Origin: an uncultured Clostridia bacterium
GTDB lineage: Bacteria; Bacillota; Clostridia; TANB77; CAG-508
Direction: 5' to 3'
Assembly: GCA_947581895.1 (NCBI GenBank)
Contig: CANPWE010000002.1
Span: 1,108-65,107 of the forward strand
Length of the DNA stretch: 64,000 nt
Part shown: piece by piece, positions 43,281 to 54,067 of the stretch
How the letters are laid out: each line of letters starts with the position of its first letter
Numbering within the stretch: position 1 is the stretch's first letter
Notes under the pieces: generated by a model
The model's database searches: none
Told to the model about the DNA's origin: nothing
Seen by the model: only the letters and a program-made list of their open reading frames with translations
Translations under genes and position numbers: made by a program

Positions 43281-45500
43281 TTATATTTTCATACTAAGAC
43301 CAACTTTTTTTCTTTCTAAATCAATTTTTATAACTTTAACCTTAACTATATCTCCAACAGAAACAACTTCTGAAGGATTTTTAACAAATTTATCACTTAA
43401 TTCAGAAATATGTACTAAACCATCATGTTTTACACCAATATCTACAAATGCACCAAAATCAATTACATTTCTTACAGTTCCTGTTAAAACCATACCTTCT
43501 TTCAAATCTTCAAATTTTAGTACATCACTTCGTAATATAGGTTTTGGCATTTCATCTCTTGGATCTCTTCCTGGTTTTGAAAGTTCATCTATAATATCTT
43601 TTAAAGTTAATTCTCCAACTTGTAATTCTTTGGCTGTGTTTTCCACATTTATTCCACTTAATCTAATTTTTATTTCTTTCAATTTATCTTTGTCAATTAA
43701 ATCTGATTTATCATATCCAATCTGTTTTAAAAGATTTTCAGCAACTTCATAGCTTTCAGGGTGAACAGCTGTTATTTCTAATGGATTTTTTCCATCAAAT
43801 ATACGAATAAACCCTGCACATTGTTCAAATGCAACTTTTCCTAATTTTGGAACTTTAAGTAACTCTTTACGTTCTTTTAATTTACCATTTTCATCCCTAT
43901 ATTTTACAATATTATTTGCAACTGTTTTATTAATTCCAGATACATATGATAATAAAGATGGTGTTGCAGTATTTACATCTACACCTACTTTATTAACAGC
44001 ATCTTCTACAACTCCAGTAAGGCTTTCTGTTAATTTCTTTTGGTTAACATCATGTTGATATTGACCAACACCTATTGCCTTTGGATCAATTTTTACAAGT
44101 TCTGCAAGTGGGTCTTGAAGTCTTCTTGCAATTGAAATTGCCCCTCTTAGTGAAACATTTATATCTGGATATTCCTCAGTTGCAAGTTTAGATGCTGAAT
44201 ATACAGAAGCTCCAGCTTCACTAACTATAGTATAATAAATTTTTTTATCTAATTCTGAAATCATATTTGAAACAAAAGTTTCAGATTCTCTTGAAGCAGT
44301 TCCATTCCCTATAGCTATCATATTTACATCATAATTATTTATCAATTTAGTTAATTCTTTTTTTGCACCTTCTACATCATTTTGTGGTTCTGTTGGATAT
44401 ACAGTTGTAGTTGTAAGTAGTTTTCCTGTATCATCTATAACAGCAATTTTACAACCTGTTCTATATGCAGGGTCAAATCCCATAACTGTTAATCCCTTCA
44501 AAGGTGCACCTAACAATAATTGTTTTGCATTTTGTCCAAATACCTTTATAGCTTGTTCTTCTGCCTTTTCAGTTAAATCAGAACGAATTTCTCTTTCAAC
44601 TGATGGTTCTATAAGTCTTTTAAAACTATCTAATATTGTATTTTGTAAAATTTCCTGATATTGATTTATATAACTTCCCTGATTTTGGTTATCATTTTGT
44701 ATATTATTATCATATGAAATTTGATTACCATAATTATTTTTTCCTCTAATAATATCTTTTTCCATATATGCTATTATTTGTTCTTCAGGTTTCTCCATTT
44801 TTACTTTTAAAAAGTCTTCTTTTTCTCCTCTATTAATAGCTAAAATTCTATGGCTTGGTATTCTACTTATTTTTTCAGTAAAATCATAATACATCTCATA
44901 ACTAGATTTAACCTCAGGATCACCTTTAGTTACAATTAAACCATCTCTATAATACAATCTTTTAATTTCTTTTCTATATTTAGCATCATCAGAAATATTT
45001 TCTGCAATGATATCCATTGCCCCAGAAATTGCATCTTCCACAGTTTCTACACCTTTTTCAGAATCTATAAATGTATTTGCAAATTCATTTATATCACATT
45101 CACCTTTTTGCTCAATAATTACCTCAGCCAAAGGCTCTAGTCCTTTTTCCTTAGCAATTGTTGCTCTTGTTCTTTTCTTCTGTTTATATGGTCTATAAAT
45201 ATCTTCTACCTCAGCCAAAATTTTAGCATTTTCTAAAGCAATAACTATCTCATCTGTTAATTTTCCCTGTTCTTCAATAGAATTTCTAACTTCTTGTTTT
45301 CTAGTTTCCAAATTACGCAAATAATTTAGCCTTTCCCCTAAATCACGTAATTGTTCATCACTTAACCCTCCTGTAACTTCTTTTCTATAACGTGCAATAA
45401 AAGGTATAGTATTTCCATCATCTATTAATTTAACAGTATTTTCAACCTGTGAAAACTTAACTCCTAACTCATCTGCAATAATTTGAATAATCTTTTCCAT
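43281..45500 (-). CDS. tex: Tex-like transcription accessory protein with a C-terminal S1 domain
   Basis: The N-terminus is TIPFIARYRKE, with YqgF/HhH regions. The C-terminal S1 domain is GTVRNVIDFGAFVDIGVKHDGLVHISEL. The likely start is ATG 45498-45500, with RBS ggagga. Confidence 0.9.
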   Translation of the reverse strand: MEKIIQIIADELGVKFSQVENTVKLIDDGNTIPFIARYRKEVTGGLSDEQLRDLGERLNYLRNLETRKQEVRNSIEEQGKLTDEIVIALENAKILAEVEDIYRPYKQKKRTRATIAKEKGLEPLAEVIIEQKGECDINEFANTFIDSEKGVETVEDAISGAMDIIAENISDDAKYRKEIKRLYYRDGLIVTKGDPEVKSSYEMYYDFTEKISRIPSHRILAINRGEKEDFLKVKMEKPEEQIIAYMEKDIIRGKNNYGNQISYDNNIQNDNQNQGSYINQYQEILQNTILDSFKRLIEPSVEREIRSDLTEKAEEQAIKVFGQNAKQLLLGAPLKGLTVMGFDPAYRTGCKIAVIDDTGKLLTTTTVYPTEPQNDVEGAKKELTKLINNYDVNMIAIGNGTASRESETFVSNMISELDKKIYYTIVSEAGASVYSASKLATEEYPDINVSLRGAISIARRLQDPLAELVKIDPKAIGVGQYQHDVNQKKLTESLTGVVEDAVNKVGVDVNTATPSLLSYVSGINKTVANNIVKYRDENGKLKERKELLKVPKLGKVAFEQCAGFIRIFDGKNPLEITAVHPESYEVAENLLKQIGYDKSDLIDKDKLKEIKIRLSGINVENTAKELQVGELTLKDIIDELSKPGRDPRDEMPKPILRSDVLKFEDLKEGMVLTGTVRNVIDFGAFVDIGVKHDGLVHISELSDKFVKNPSEVVSVGDIVKVKVIKIDLERKKVGLSMKI

Positions 45501-45603
45501 ATTCTTTCCTCCAAATTTCTTTGTTCTCATTGTTACTTTTAGGAAATTTTTGTATATACATAATTTCCAATAATTTCCTATTTATCTTATCATTTTTAAA
45601 TAG

Positions 45604-45650
45604 AAAAAACAAGAGGTTCTAACATACTTTTAAATATGCTAGAACCTCTT
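45604..45650 (-). terminator. intrinsic terminator of the adhesin gene
   Basis: A 15-bp stem, aagaggttctaacat pairing with atgctagaacctctt, spans 45611-45650. On the minus strand a U-run follows (the complement of the A-run at 45604-45609). Confidence 0.65.
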
Positions 45651-45726
45651 ATTATAATTTAATTTTAACATCAAATAACATATATTGCTTATAATTAATT
45701 TTATCTTATAATGCTTATTATTAATT

Positions 45727-48700
45727 TTATCTTAAAATTTTTCTTTTAATAACAAATGCTCCTGTTGAAAGTATTCCTAATACTAAAAGTGCAATTCCTG
45801 TATAAACTATTGTTCCACCTGTTCTAACTGCAAGAATTACTGGTGCATCATCTATATCATCTTCACCGAAAACTTGGTTATTTGGTGTAGAATCTATATC
45901 TGGTGTTCCCCAATCATTATAATCTTCACTTATTTCTGCAATATTTGTTTTTAATCCAAGATTATTTGCTCCATTAATCCATGTTAAAGTTACTGTTACA
46001 TCAGCATATTCTCCTGGTTGTAATAAAGTATCTTCTAATGCTCTTGTTACTATTTTTCCATCTACTTCAGTCCATTGAGGGTTATCTTCTTTTACAAATT
46101 TTAATCCTGCAGGAATATAATCTGAAACTTCTTTAGCATAACCTGGAATTTCACCTTCATTAGTAACACGAATTGAATATTCAAATTTTACTTCTACATT
46201 ATCTATACTTGTATTTTTTAAATCAACTTTTACAACTTCTTCTGGATCATCTTCTGGTCTATGATTTGTTTCTGTAACTGTTTCATAACCATTTTCATAA
46301 ACAATAGCTTTTGTTACCCATTTTCTTAATGATAAGTCAAAAAATCTAACTTTTACTTTTTCAGTATCTTGATCATCTTCACCCTCATTCCATTCATTAG
46401 GTGTAGAATCTCTATCTGTTACAGCTTTTCCGTTTGAATCTGTATCATTAGTAATTTGTGCATAATTAGTTATTACTCTATCAGATGTTGTTGGTTCTAT
46501 TACTTTAAATGATACTTTAACATCTTTGTAATCTAATGCTTTCATTGTATTTGGATCATATGCTTTAATTAAATTGTCTTCTCCATTTTCTTTTGATAAA
46601 TAATCTGTAACTATTAAATCAGCATTTTTTACATCTTCTGTAACTATGTATGATTTATTATCATATGTAATTACATTTTCTGGAATACCAACTTCATTTT
46701 CAGCCATTTCTCTATAAGCCACCCATTTATATTCAGCATTTGTATTTAGTGGTTTTCCATCTTTATCATATTCAGCTGCTATTAATTCTAATCCTTCTGG
46801 AATATCATCCATAATTCTTGAAGCATAACCTGAAATTTCACCTTCATTATAAACACGAATTGTATATGTAACTACATCTTTAGTGTTTACATCTACTGGT
46901 TCTTTAGAATGTTTATATGTTGCTGTTTTTGTATCACCACTAGCTAATTTATCTAAATCTTCAACTTGTGGTTCTCTACTTTCTTTTAATTTTTCATCAT
47001 TAACTTCTGTAATAAATTTACGTAATGACAAATCAAATTCCTTTTTCTCATCTGGTATAATTATTGTAATAAGTGTACCATTTTCATTTACTGTAAAATC
47101 AATATCTTTTTGATCAATTTTGATATTATCTTCATCTATTACTAATATACCATTTTTTAATTTTGTTCCTATTTCTATAACTATATTACCTTGATATACA
47201 GCATAATCAACTGGTGCTTTTGTTTCTTTTATTGTATATTTATCAACTTGTTTATCATTTATTATTTTTACATTATCTACAAGCACTACTTCTCCATCAG
47301 AACCTGTTGGTCCAACTTCAGTTTCTTTTTCTAAACCTGAACCTTTAATTGAGAAATATGCACCTTCTAAAGTTGTTGTTCTATCTGATGAATCAACTTT
47401 TCTAATTACAACTTTATATTGACCTTTTAATACTTCAACTGTTTCAAAATCATCATCATCTTGTGCACCTGGATAATAATCTTCTACTGTAACATCTTTT
47501 CCATCTTCATCTGTATATGTATATTCTTTAGCATCTTCATACCATGTGTCTAAATTCAAATCATCTTTTATAGTATCTTGTGCAGAATCTCTATCAGTTT
47601 CTCCTACTACTTTAGCTTCTTTCCATACAGTATTACCTTCTTCATCTTTTTCACTATATCCATAGTTAGTGATTTCTCCACGATTTGTAATATATGTTTT
47701 ATCTGTATCTTCAACTTTACAAATTATTTTTACTTCTTGATAATAATCATCTGTTACTTTAACATCTTTTTTTCCAAAGAAATCTCTTAAAGTTTTTATT
47801 GTTGTATTTCCACTATAATCTATAACAACAACTTTGCTTCCAGCTTCTGTTTTTGTAGTATATTCTTTTGAATTATCATCAGATAATTTTACGAAAGATA
47901 ATCCATCAGGTAAATAATCTGTTATTTGTTTTGCAAATCCTAAAATTTCACCTTCATTATATACTCTAATTGTATACTCAATTTCATCTCCAACATTAAC
48001 ACCTACACTATCCTTTGTATGGAAATATGCAGCAGTTCCAGTTTTTTGTAATATTTTAATAGATTCTTCATTTATAATTGGTTCTCTACTTGGTTTAACT
48101 TCTTTACCATTAATTTTAGAAATGAATTTACGTAATGATAAGTCAAATTCTTTTTTATCATTAACTACATATACTTTTACTGTTGTTCCATCAAGTTTAA
48201 CTTTAACTTTATCATTAACATTAGGATTACTTTCTTCTGATTTATCATCTTTTTCTTTACCATCATCTGGGTCTATAAATAATTTTATTCCATCTTCAGT
48301 TAAAGTTAATTTTCCATCTACTCTAGTCATTTGAACAGTTACTTTTACAGTTTTATCAAATAAAACATAATTTTCTGGTGCTTCTAATTCTTTAATTACA
48401 TAAGTTCCTATAGTTTCTTCATCTTTTACTTCAACATCTTTAGCAATTTTAACTATACCTTTATTTGTTGTTTCCTCTTTACCATTAACTTCGAATTTTG
48501 CTGGTGTTTCTATAATATTATCATCTTTATCTACTTTATATAATTCAACATTATATTTAACTGATTCTTCATTTGGTACATATATTGTTATAGTTTTATT
48601 ATCCTCAGATATTTCAAGTTTAGCATCTTCCATTTGTTCTGTACCATTTAATGTTGTTTTTTCATTATCTATTAAATATTTATTTCCTTCTAATTTGAAT

Positions 48701-51609
48701 TTAACTGATAATTTTGCTTCACCATTTATTTTTATAAATCCTTCTGGTGCTTTTGTTTCTTCTATTGTATATATATCATTTTGTTCTTCATTATCAATTG
48801 TTTTTCCTTCTGCTATATTTAATATTCCTTTTGTTGTATTTTGTTCTTTTCCATTTATTTTAAATGTTGCTTCTGATGATGTAATTACTGTTGTTCCATC
48901 TTTCTTTACTTTTTTCAATACAACATTATATTTACCTTCTTTTTCTTCATTTGGTACATATATTGTTATAGTCTTTTTATCATCAGATACTTCAAGTTTA
49001 GCATTTTTCATTTGGTCTGTACCTTCTAATGTTGTGTTTTCATTATCTATTAAATAATTTTTTCCATCTAATTTAAATTTAACTGATAATTTTGCTGTTC
49101 CATTAATTTTTACAAATCCTTCTGGTGCTTTTGTTTCTTCTATTGTATATACATCATTTTGTTTTTCATCAGCAATTGTTTTTCCTTCTGCTATATTTAA
49201 TATTCCTTTTGTTGTATTTTGTTCTTTTCCATTTATTTTAAATGTTGCTTCTGATGATGTAATTACTGTTGTTCCATCTTTCTTTACTTTTTTCAATACA
49301 ACATTATATTTACCTTCTTTTTCTTCATTTGGTACATATATTGTTATAGTCTTTTTATCATCAGATACTTCAAGTTTAGCATTTTTCATTTGGTCTGTAC
49401 CTTCTAATGTTGTGTTTTCATTATCTATTAAATAATTTTTTCCATCTAATTTAAATTTAACTGATAATTTTGCTGTTCCATTAATTTTTACAAATCCTTC
49501 TGGTGCTTTTGTTTCTTCTATTGTATATACATCATTTTGTTTTTCATCAGCAATTGTTTTTCCTTCTGCTATATTTAATATTCCTTTTGTTGTATTTTGT
49601 TCTTTTCCATTTATTTTAAATGTTGCTTCTGATGATGTAATTACTGTTGTTCCATCTTTCTTTACTTTTTTCAATACAACATTATATTTACCTTCTTTTT
49701 CTTCATTTGGTACATATATTGTTATAGTCTTTTTATCATCAGATACTTCAAGTTTAGCATTTTTCATTTGGTCTGTACCTTCTAATGTTGTGTTTTCATT
49801 ATCTATTAAATAATTTTTTCCATCTAATTTAAATTTAACTGATAATTTTGCTGTTCCATTAATTTTTACAAATCCTTCTGGTGCTTTTGTTTCTTCTATT
49901 GTATATACATCATTTTGTTTTTCATCAGCAATTGTTTTTCCTTCTGCTATATTTAATATACCTTGTGTTGTGTTTTGTTCTTGATCATTTATTTTAAATG
50001 TTGCTTCTGATGATGTAATTACTGTTGTTCCATCTTTTTTTACTTTTTTCAATACAACATTATAAGTACCTTCTTTTTCATCATTTGGTACATATATATT
50101 TATAGTTGTTTTATCATCAGATATTTGTAATTTGGCATTTTGCATGTCCTCTGTACCTTCTAATGTTGTTTGTTCTTCATCAATAGCATATGTATTTCCA
50201 TTTTGTTTAAATTTTACAGTTAATTTTGCTGTTCCATTAACTTTAACAAATCCTTCTGGTGCTTTTGTTTCAGCTATTTCATAACTATCAACTTGTTCTG
50301 TATTAGCTATTGATTTTCCTTGTTCAATATTTAATATACCTTGTTGTGTTTGTTGTTCTTGACCATTAATAGTAAATGTTGCTTCTGATGATGTAATTAC
50401 TGTTGTTCCATCTTTTTTTACTTTTTTCAATACTATATTATATTGACTTGGAACAGAAATTGTTTTTGAATCTCCTAGACTTGTTTTTCCAACTGATTTA
50501 TTAACAGTTAAAAGATTTTGTTTATTTCCACCATCTAATACATGAGCTTGTGTATTTACTGTTGAAAGAACACCATCTATTTTAAAATCAACTTTTTGAG
50601 CATCTTTATAATTTGCTAAATCTATATAAAAGCTTCCGTCATCATTTTTAATAAATACTTCTGCACCTGCTGTTACAGTTGATCCATCAGATTTTGTTAT
50701 TGTTGCAGTTACAGGTAATAAACCATTTTGAAATTCCCCAAAACCATAACCTGTTAATCTAAAACCATTTGATTCTAAGTAATATGGTCCAACTTTATAA
50801 TTTGTTGTATCAACTTTTGCTTCATCTTTCTTTAAAACAACATAATCTGTTATAGTATTAGATGAAGGTGTATCTCTTTTCATATCAGCTAATGCACCAT
50901 ATGCATACATAACATATTTTAATGTTATTTGTTCATCAGGAGTTAAAGTTGATCCATCAAGAAATTGATTTACATTTTCATGATATGCATCAAAAAATCC
51001 TGTCTCAATATTATTTGTATATTTCCATAATACAAGTTGTTCAGCAAATTCAAATGCATTTACATTTGATGAACCATTAATTGTTTTATTTCTTAAATCA
51101 TAGATTTTTTTAGTTGTAATTCCTGATACATCTAATCCTCTTTTAATAACTTTTTCTTTTGCTTTGTCTGAAGTTAATAAATTAGCTAAGTTTAAAGCAA
51201 TTACATCTTTAGCTTCATCATTAGATAATCCATTTTCTCCTGTTGCACTTGTTGTATACATATTGTTTATTACCCACATAGCACAATTATAATATTTAAA
51301 ATAATCACTTCCATTAGATATTTCTATTGGATTGCTATAGGTTTTTGATGATAGGCTTGCACCTTCTTCAATGCAGAATAATGTATCATAACCTTTTTCA
51401 TTCCCTGTTTTTTTAATTTCATAAAATTTTATTCCATTAGCAGAAGCTCCTGAATTATTTGCTACTACAGTTACTTCATTGCTTATTTCTGCTGCTTTGT
51501 TCATAGGTATTAATACAACACCTGCTAAAATAGTTGCGATAACTAAAGCCACAATTGCGACTCTAAATTTCACACTTCTTAATAATAAAGACATTTTGAA
51601 TTTTAACAT
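45727..51609 (-). CDS. giant (1960 aa) cell-wall-anchored surface protein/adhesin with tandem Ig-like (Cna-B/SpaA-like) repeats
   Basis: It has a signal peptide and five 126-aa near-identical repeats plus diverged ones. Three modules begin FDLSLRK and end in DSTPN...EDD. The C-terminal sorting signal is ILAVRTGG, then a hydrophobic segment, then KRKILR. Confidence 0.85.
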   Translation of the reverse strand: MLKFKMSLLLRSVKFRVAIVALVIATILAGVVLIPMNKAAEISNEVTVVANNSGASANGIKFYEIKKTGNEKGYDTLFCIEEGASLSSKTYSNPIEISNGSDYFKYYNCAMWVINNMYTTSATGENGLSNDEAKDVIALNLANLLTSDKAKEKVIKRGLDVSGITTKKIYDLRNKTINGSSNVNAFEFAEQLVLWKYTNNIETGFFDAYHENVNQFLDGSTLTPDEQITLKYVMYAYGALADMKRDTPSSNTITDYVVLKKDEAKVDTTNYKVGPYYLESNGFRLTGYGFGEFQNGLLPVTATITKSDGSTVTAGAEVFIKNDDGSFYIDLANYKDAQKVDFKIDGVLSTVNTQAHVLDGGNKQNLLTVNKSVGKTSLGDSKTISVPSQYNIVLKKVKKDGTTVITSSEATFTINGQEQQTQQGILNIEQGKSIANTEQVDSYEIAETKAPEGFVKVNGTAKLTVKFKQNGNTYAIDEEQTTLEGTEDMQNAKLQISDDKTTINIYVPNDEKEGTYNVVLKKVKKDGTTVITSSEATFKINDQEQNTTQGILNIAEGKTIADEKQNDVYTIEETKAPEGFVKINGTAKLSVKFKLDGKNYLIDNENTTLEGTDQMKNAKLEVSDDKKTITIYVPNEEKEGKYNVVLKKVKKDGTTVITSSEATFKINGKEQNTTKGILNIAEGKTIADEKQNDVYTIEETKAPEGFVKINGTAKLSVKFKLDGKNYLIDNENTTLEGTDQMKNAKLEVSDDKKTITIYVPNEEKEGKYNVVLKKVKKDGTTVITSSEATFKINGKEQNTTKGILNIAEGKTIADEKQNDVYTIEETKAPEGFVKINGTAKLSVKFKLDGKNYLIDNENTTLEGTDQMKNAKLEVSDDKKTITIYVPNEEKEGKYNVVLKKVKKDGTTVITSSEATFKINGKEQNTTKGILNIAEGKTIDNEEQNDIYTIEETKAPEGFIKINGEAKLSVKFKLEGNKYLIDNEKTTLNGTEQMEDAKLEISEDNKTITIYVPNEESVKYNVELYKVDKDDNIIETPAKFEVNGKEETTNKGIVKIAKDVEVKDEETIGTYVIKELEAPENYVLFDKTVKVTVQMTRVDGKLTLTEDGIKLFIDPDDGKEKDDKSEESNPNVNDKVKVKLDGTTVKVYVVNDKKEFDLSLRKFISKINGKEVKPSREPIINEESIKILQKTGTAAYFHTKDSVGVNVGDEIEYTIRVYNEGEILGFAKQITDYLPDGLSFVKLSDDNSKEYTTKTEAGSKVVVIDYSGNTTIKTLRDFFGKKDVKVTDDYYQEVKIICKVEDTDKTYITNRGEITNYGYSEKDEEGNTVWKEAKVVGETDRDSAQDTIKDDLNLDTWYEDAKEYTYTDEDGKDVTVEDYYPGAQDDDDFETVEVLKGQYKVVIRKVDSSDRTTTLEGAYFSIKGSGLEKETEVGPTGSDGEVVLVDNVKIINDKQVDKYTIKETKAPVDYAVYQGNIVIEIGTKLKNGILVIDEDNIKIDQKDIDFTVNENGTLITIIIPDEKKEFDLSLRKFITEVNDEKLKESREPQVEDLDKLASGDTKTATYKHSKEPVDVNTKDVVTYTIRVYNEGEISGYASRIMDDIPEGLELIAAEYDKDGKPLNTNAEYKWVAYREMAENEVGIPENVITYDNKSYIVTEDVKNADLIVTDYLSKENGEDNLIKAYDPNTMKALDYKDVKVSFKVIEPTTSDRVITNYAQITNDTDSNGKAVTDRDSTPNEWNEGEDDQDTEKVKVRFFDLSLRKWVTKAIVYENGYETVTETNHRPEDDPEEVVKVDLKNTSIDNVEVKFEYSIRVTNEGEIPGYAKEVSDYIPAGLKFVKEDNPQWTEVDGKIVTRALEDTLLQPGEYADVTVTLTWINGANNLGLKTNIAEISEDYNDWGTPDIDSTPNNQVFGEDDIDDAPVILAVRTGGTIVYTGIALLVLGILSTGAFVIKRKILR
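48556..50442 (-). repeat. tandem array of five 378-bp (126-aa) coding repeats, the central copies essentially identical
   Basis: The string ttcaagtttagcattttt recurs at 48991, 49369 and 49747, a period of 378 bp. At the protein level the unit YNVVLKKVKKDGTTVITSSEATFKING...IYVPNEEKEGK is repeated. Confidence 0.9.
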
Positions 51610-51756
51610 TATTTTACATCCTCCTATTTTTATAAAAGTTTATATTATTTTTAATTCTATTAAAAACAAATTAAAAACATACATATAAAATTTGTATGCT
51701 TTCTTTTGTTTATTTTTTCTTTGGTTTTTTGAGTATTTCAAACAATTTACTTTTCT

Positions 51757-51785
51757 ATTGTAACATATTCTTTATTATAAATCAA
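51757..51785 (-). promoter_or_regulatory. candidate sigma-A promoter of the adhesin gene
   Basis: On the minus strand: TTGATT (51780-51785), a 17-nt spacer, then TACAAT (51757-51762). It lies within a long A/T-rich upstream tract. Confidence 0.35.
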
Positions 51786-52002
51786 TATTTTTTTGGTTTT
51801 TTGTCCTATTTTTTCCATTTTATCAGTTTATTTTTTTAAAATATTTATTTTCCTTTAAAAATTAGCCATTTTTATTGTTTTAATTTATTATTTTTATTTA
51901 TTATTTTCTATTTATTTATTTTTTTCAGCCTTTATTTATCTTTTTTATTTTATTATTTGTCTATTTTTCTATTTTCAACTCAATTAAAATATCTTTTCAA
52001 TT

Positions 52003-52051
52003 AAAAAAATAAACCTAATTTATTAAACTTAATAAATTAGGTTTATTTTTT
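52003..52051 (-). terminator. intrinsic terminator after rubrerythrin (bidirectional-looking)
   Basis: Stem ataaacctaatttatt (52009-52024) pairs with aataaattaggtttat (52031-52046). An A-run and a T-run flank it. Confidence 0.55.
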
Positions 52052-52065
52052 ATTAACATTTAATT

Positions 52066-52608
52066 TTAATAATTTTCAGCTTTAATCTCAAAATATGCTT
52101 TTGGATGTGCACATACAGGGCAAACTTCTGGAGCTGATTTTCCAATTACAATATGTCCACAATTTCTACATTTCCATATTCTATCTCCATCTTTACTGAA
52201 AACTAATCCATTTTCAAGATTTTCTAATAATTTTTTATATCTTTCTTCATGTTCTTTTTCTATTTTACCAACAGCTTCAAACAAATATGCAATATGATCA
52301 AATCCTTCTTCTTTAGCTTCTTTAGCCATTCTATCATACATATCTGTCCATTCATAATTTTCACCATCTGCTGCATCTTTTAAATTTTCTTCTGTTGAAG
52401 GAACTTGTCCATCATGTAATAATTTAAACCATATTTTTGCATGTTCTTTTTCATTATCTGCAGTTTCTAAGAATATTGCTGCAAGTTGTTCATATCCATC
52501 TTTTTTAGCCTTTCCTGCATAATATGTATATTTATTTCTAGCCATTGACTCTCCTTTGAAAGCCTCCATTAAGTTTTTTTCTGTTTTTGTACCTTTTAAA
52601 TCTGGCAT
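52066..52608 (-). CDS. rbr: rubrerythrin
   Basis: It has a ferritin-like diiron domain ([14 protein letters not shown] motifs) and a C-terminal rubredoxin-like CRNCGH...CPVCAH. Confidence 0.9.
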   Translation of the reverse strand: MPDLKGTKTEKNLMEAFKGESMARNKYTYYAGKAKKDGYEQLAAIFLETADNEKEHAKIWFKLLHDGQVPSTEENLKDAADGENYEWTDMYDRMAKEAKEEGFDHIAYLFEAVGKIEKEHEERYKKLLENLENGLVFSKDGDRIWKCRNCGHIVIGKSAPEVCPVCAHPKAYFEIKAENY

Positions 52609-52707
52609 AAATGTTACCTCCTAAAAAAATATTTTTTTTATTATAACATATATTGCTCAAAAATCAAGATGAAAAAATACAATTTTCATTATTAATAGGT
52701 TACTAAC

Positions 52708-54042
52708 CTATTTCTCTCTTAAATACCTTTTTAATAAAAATGTTAAAAAATACGGAAATGTATAAAATCTGCCATTAAATCCTATATTCTTATTACACAA
52801 TTTTATTCCATATTTAATATCTTTATATTGATCACCATCAATTAAATTATTTAAAGAAATTGTTGCATTATCATTTGCCTTTACCTCAACAGGAATTAAT
52901 GAATTAGTGTCTCTTATCATAAAATCCATTTCTAACTTCTTACTATCATCTCTGTAAAAATATAAATCATACCCAGATTTTACAAGCATATCACCCACTA
53001 TATTCTCATATAAGGCACCTTTATATGTGTTCATATTTTCATTATTTCTTAAATCTTGTTGTACTTCTTCTTCTAATGAGCCAATTAATAATCCTGTATC
53101 TGCAAAATATAGTCTATAATTATCAGGGTTATAATTTCCTTTTAGTGGCAAACTTGCATGTTCCATTGCATAACTAACATTTACTATACCTGCATTTGAA
53201 AGCCATTCTATTACTCCAACATATTCTCTATTTCTTGCACCATCAGCAATTTTGGATATTTGAAATTTTTTATTCTCATTTCCTAGAAATAGTGGTATTT
53301 TTCTATAACAATTTAGTATTTTAGTTTTATCTAATCCTCCAGCATATTTAGTTATATCTTCTTCATAGTCTATTAAAATCTGCTGTTGCATTTTTAAAAT
53401 TCCACTAAAATTTTTATTTGTAACAAATTGATTTACAATAGCTGGCATTCCCCCAACTATCATATAATCTTTAAAGTTAGACATCATAACACTGTATTGT
53501 GTGTTACTTAATGGCTTTAATTCTAACATACATTTATATAAATCTTCAATTTGTTCTTCCTTATATCCTTTAGCCCATAAAAATTCCTCGAAATCCATAG
53601 AATGCATTATATAGTCTTCTTTATTTCCTACACTGTTGGATTCTATTTCTTTATAGTTAATTCCCATTAAAGAACCAGAACAAATAACATCATATCTTCC
53701 ATCTTCTTTAAATGCTTTTAATGAAGTAGCTGTGCTAACACATTCTTGCATTTCGTCAAAAAATATTAGGGTGTTCTTCTCATTTAATTCTATTTCTGGC
53801 ATTTTTAATGTTATATTTTTTATAATATTATCAACTATAAAACCATCTTCAAATATTTTTTTAAATTCTGGTTGGAATACAAAATTTATTTCAATGAATG
53901 TTTTATAATTATTTTTTCCAAAATTTCTAATGGCATTTGTTTTTCCTGTTTGTCTTGCACCTTTTATTATTAAAGGTAATTTGTTATCACTTTTTTTCCA
54001 ATCTATAAGATACTGATCAATTTTTCTTCTTAGTCTATCCAT
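52708..54042 (-). CDS. AAA-type ATPase with a DUF4143-like C-terminal domain
   Basis: Walker A is GARQTGKT and Walker B-like is LIFFDEMQ. This is the architecture usually annotated as ATP-binding protein (AAA_14/DUF4143). Confidence 0.8.
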   Translation of the reverse strand: MDRLRRKIDQYLIDWKKSDNKLPLIIKGARQTGKTNAIRNFGKNNYKTFIEINFVFQPEFKKIFEDGFIVDNIIKNITLKMPEIELNEKNTLIFFDEMQECVSTATSLKAFKEDGRYDVICSGSLMGINYKEIESNSVGNKEDYIMHSMDFEEFLWAKGYKEEQIEDLYKCMLELKPLSNTQYSVMMSNFKDYMIVGGMPAIVNQFVTNKNFSGILKMQQQILIDYEEDITKYAGGLDKTKILNCYRKIPLFLGNENKKFQISKIADGARNREYVGVIEWLSNAGIVNVSYAMEHASLPLKGNYNPDNYRLYFADTGLLIGSLEEEVQQDLRNNENMNTYKGALYENIVGDMLVKSGYDLYFYRDDSKKLEMDFMIRDTNSLIPVEVKANDNATISLNNLIDGDQYKDIKYGIKLCNKNIGFNGRFYTFPYFLTFLLKRYLREK

Positions 54043-54067
54043 AATTTTTTACCTCCAATATTATTGT

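Noticed and set aside
51610-52065. A riboswitch (for example c-di-GMP) or leader RNA upstream of the giant adhesin gene.
   Set aside because: The region is almost pure A/T with only weak hairpins. I could not see the GC-containing conserved cores expected for c-di-GMP-I/II or other riboswitch classes.
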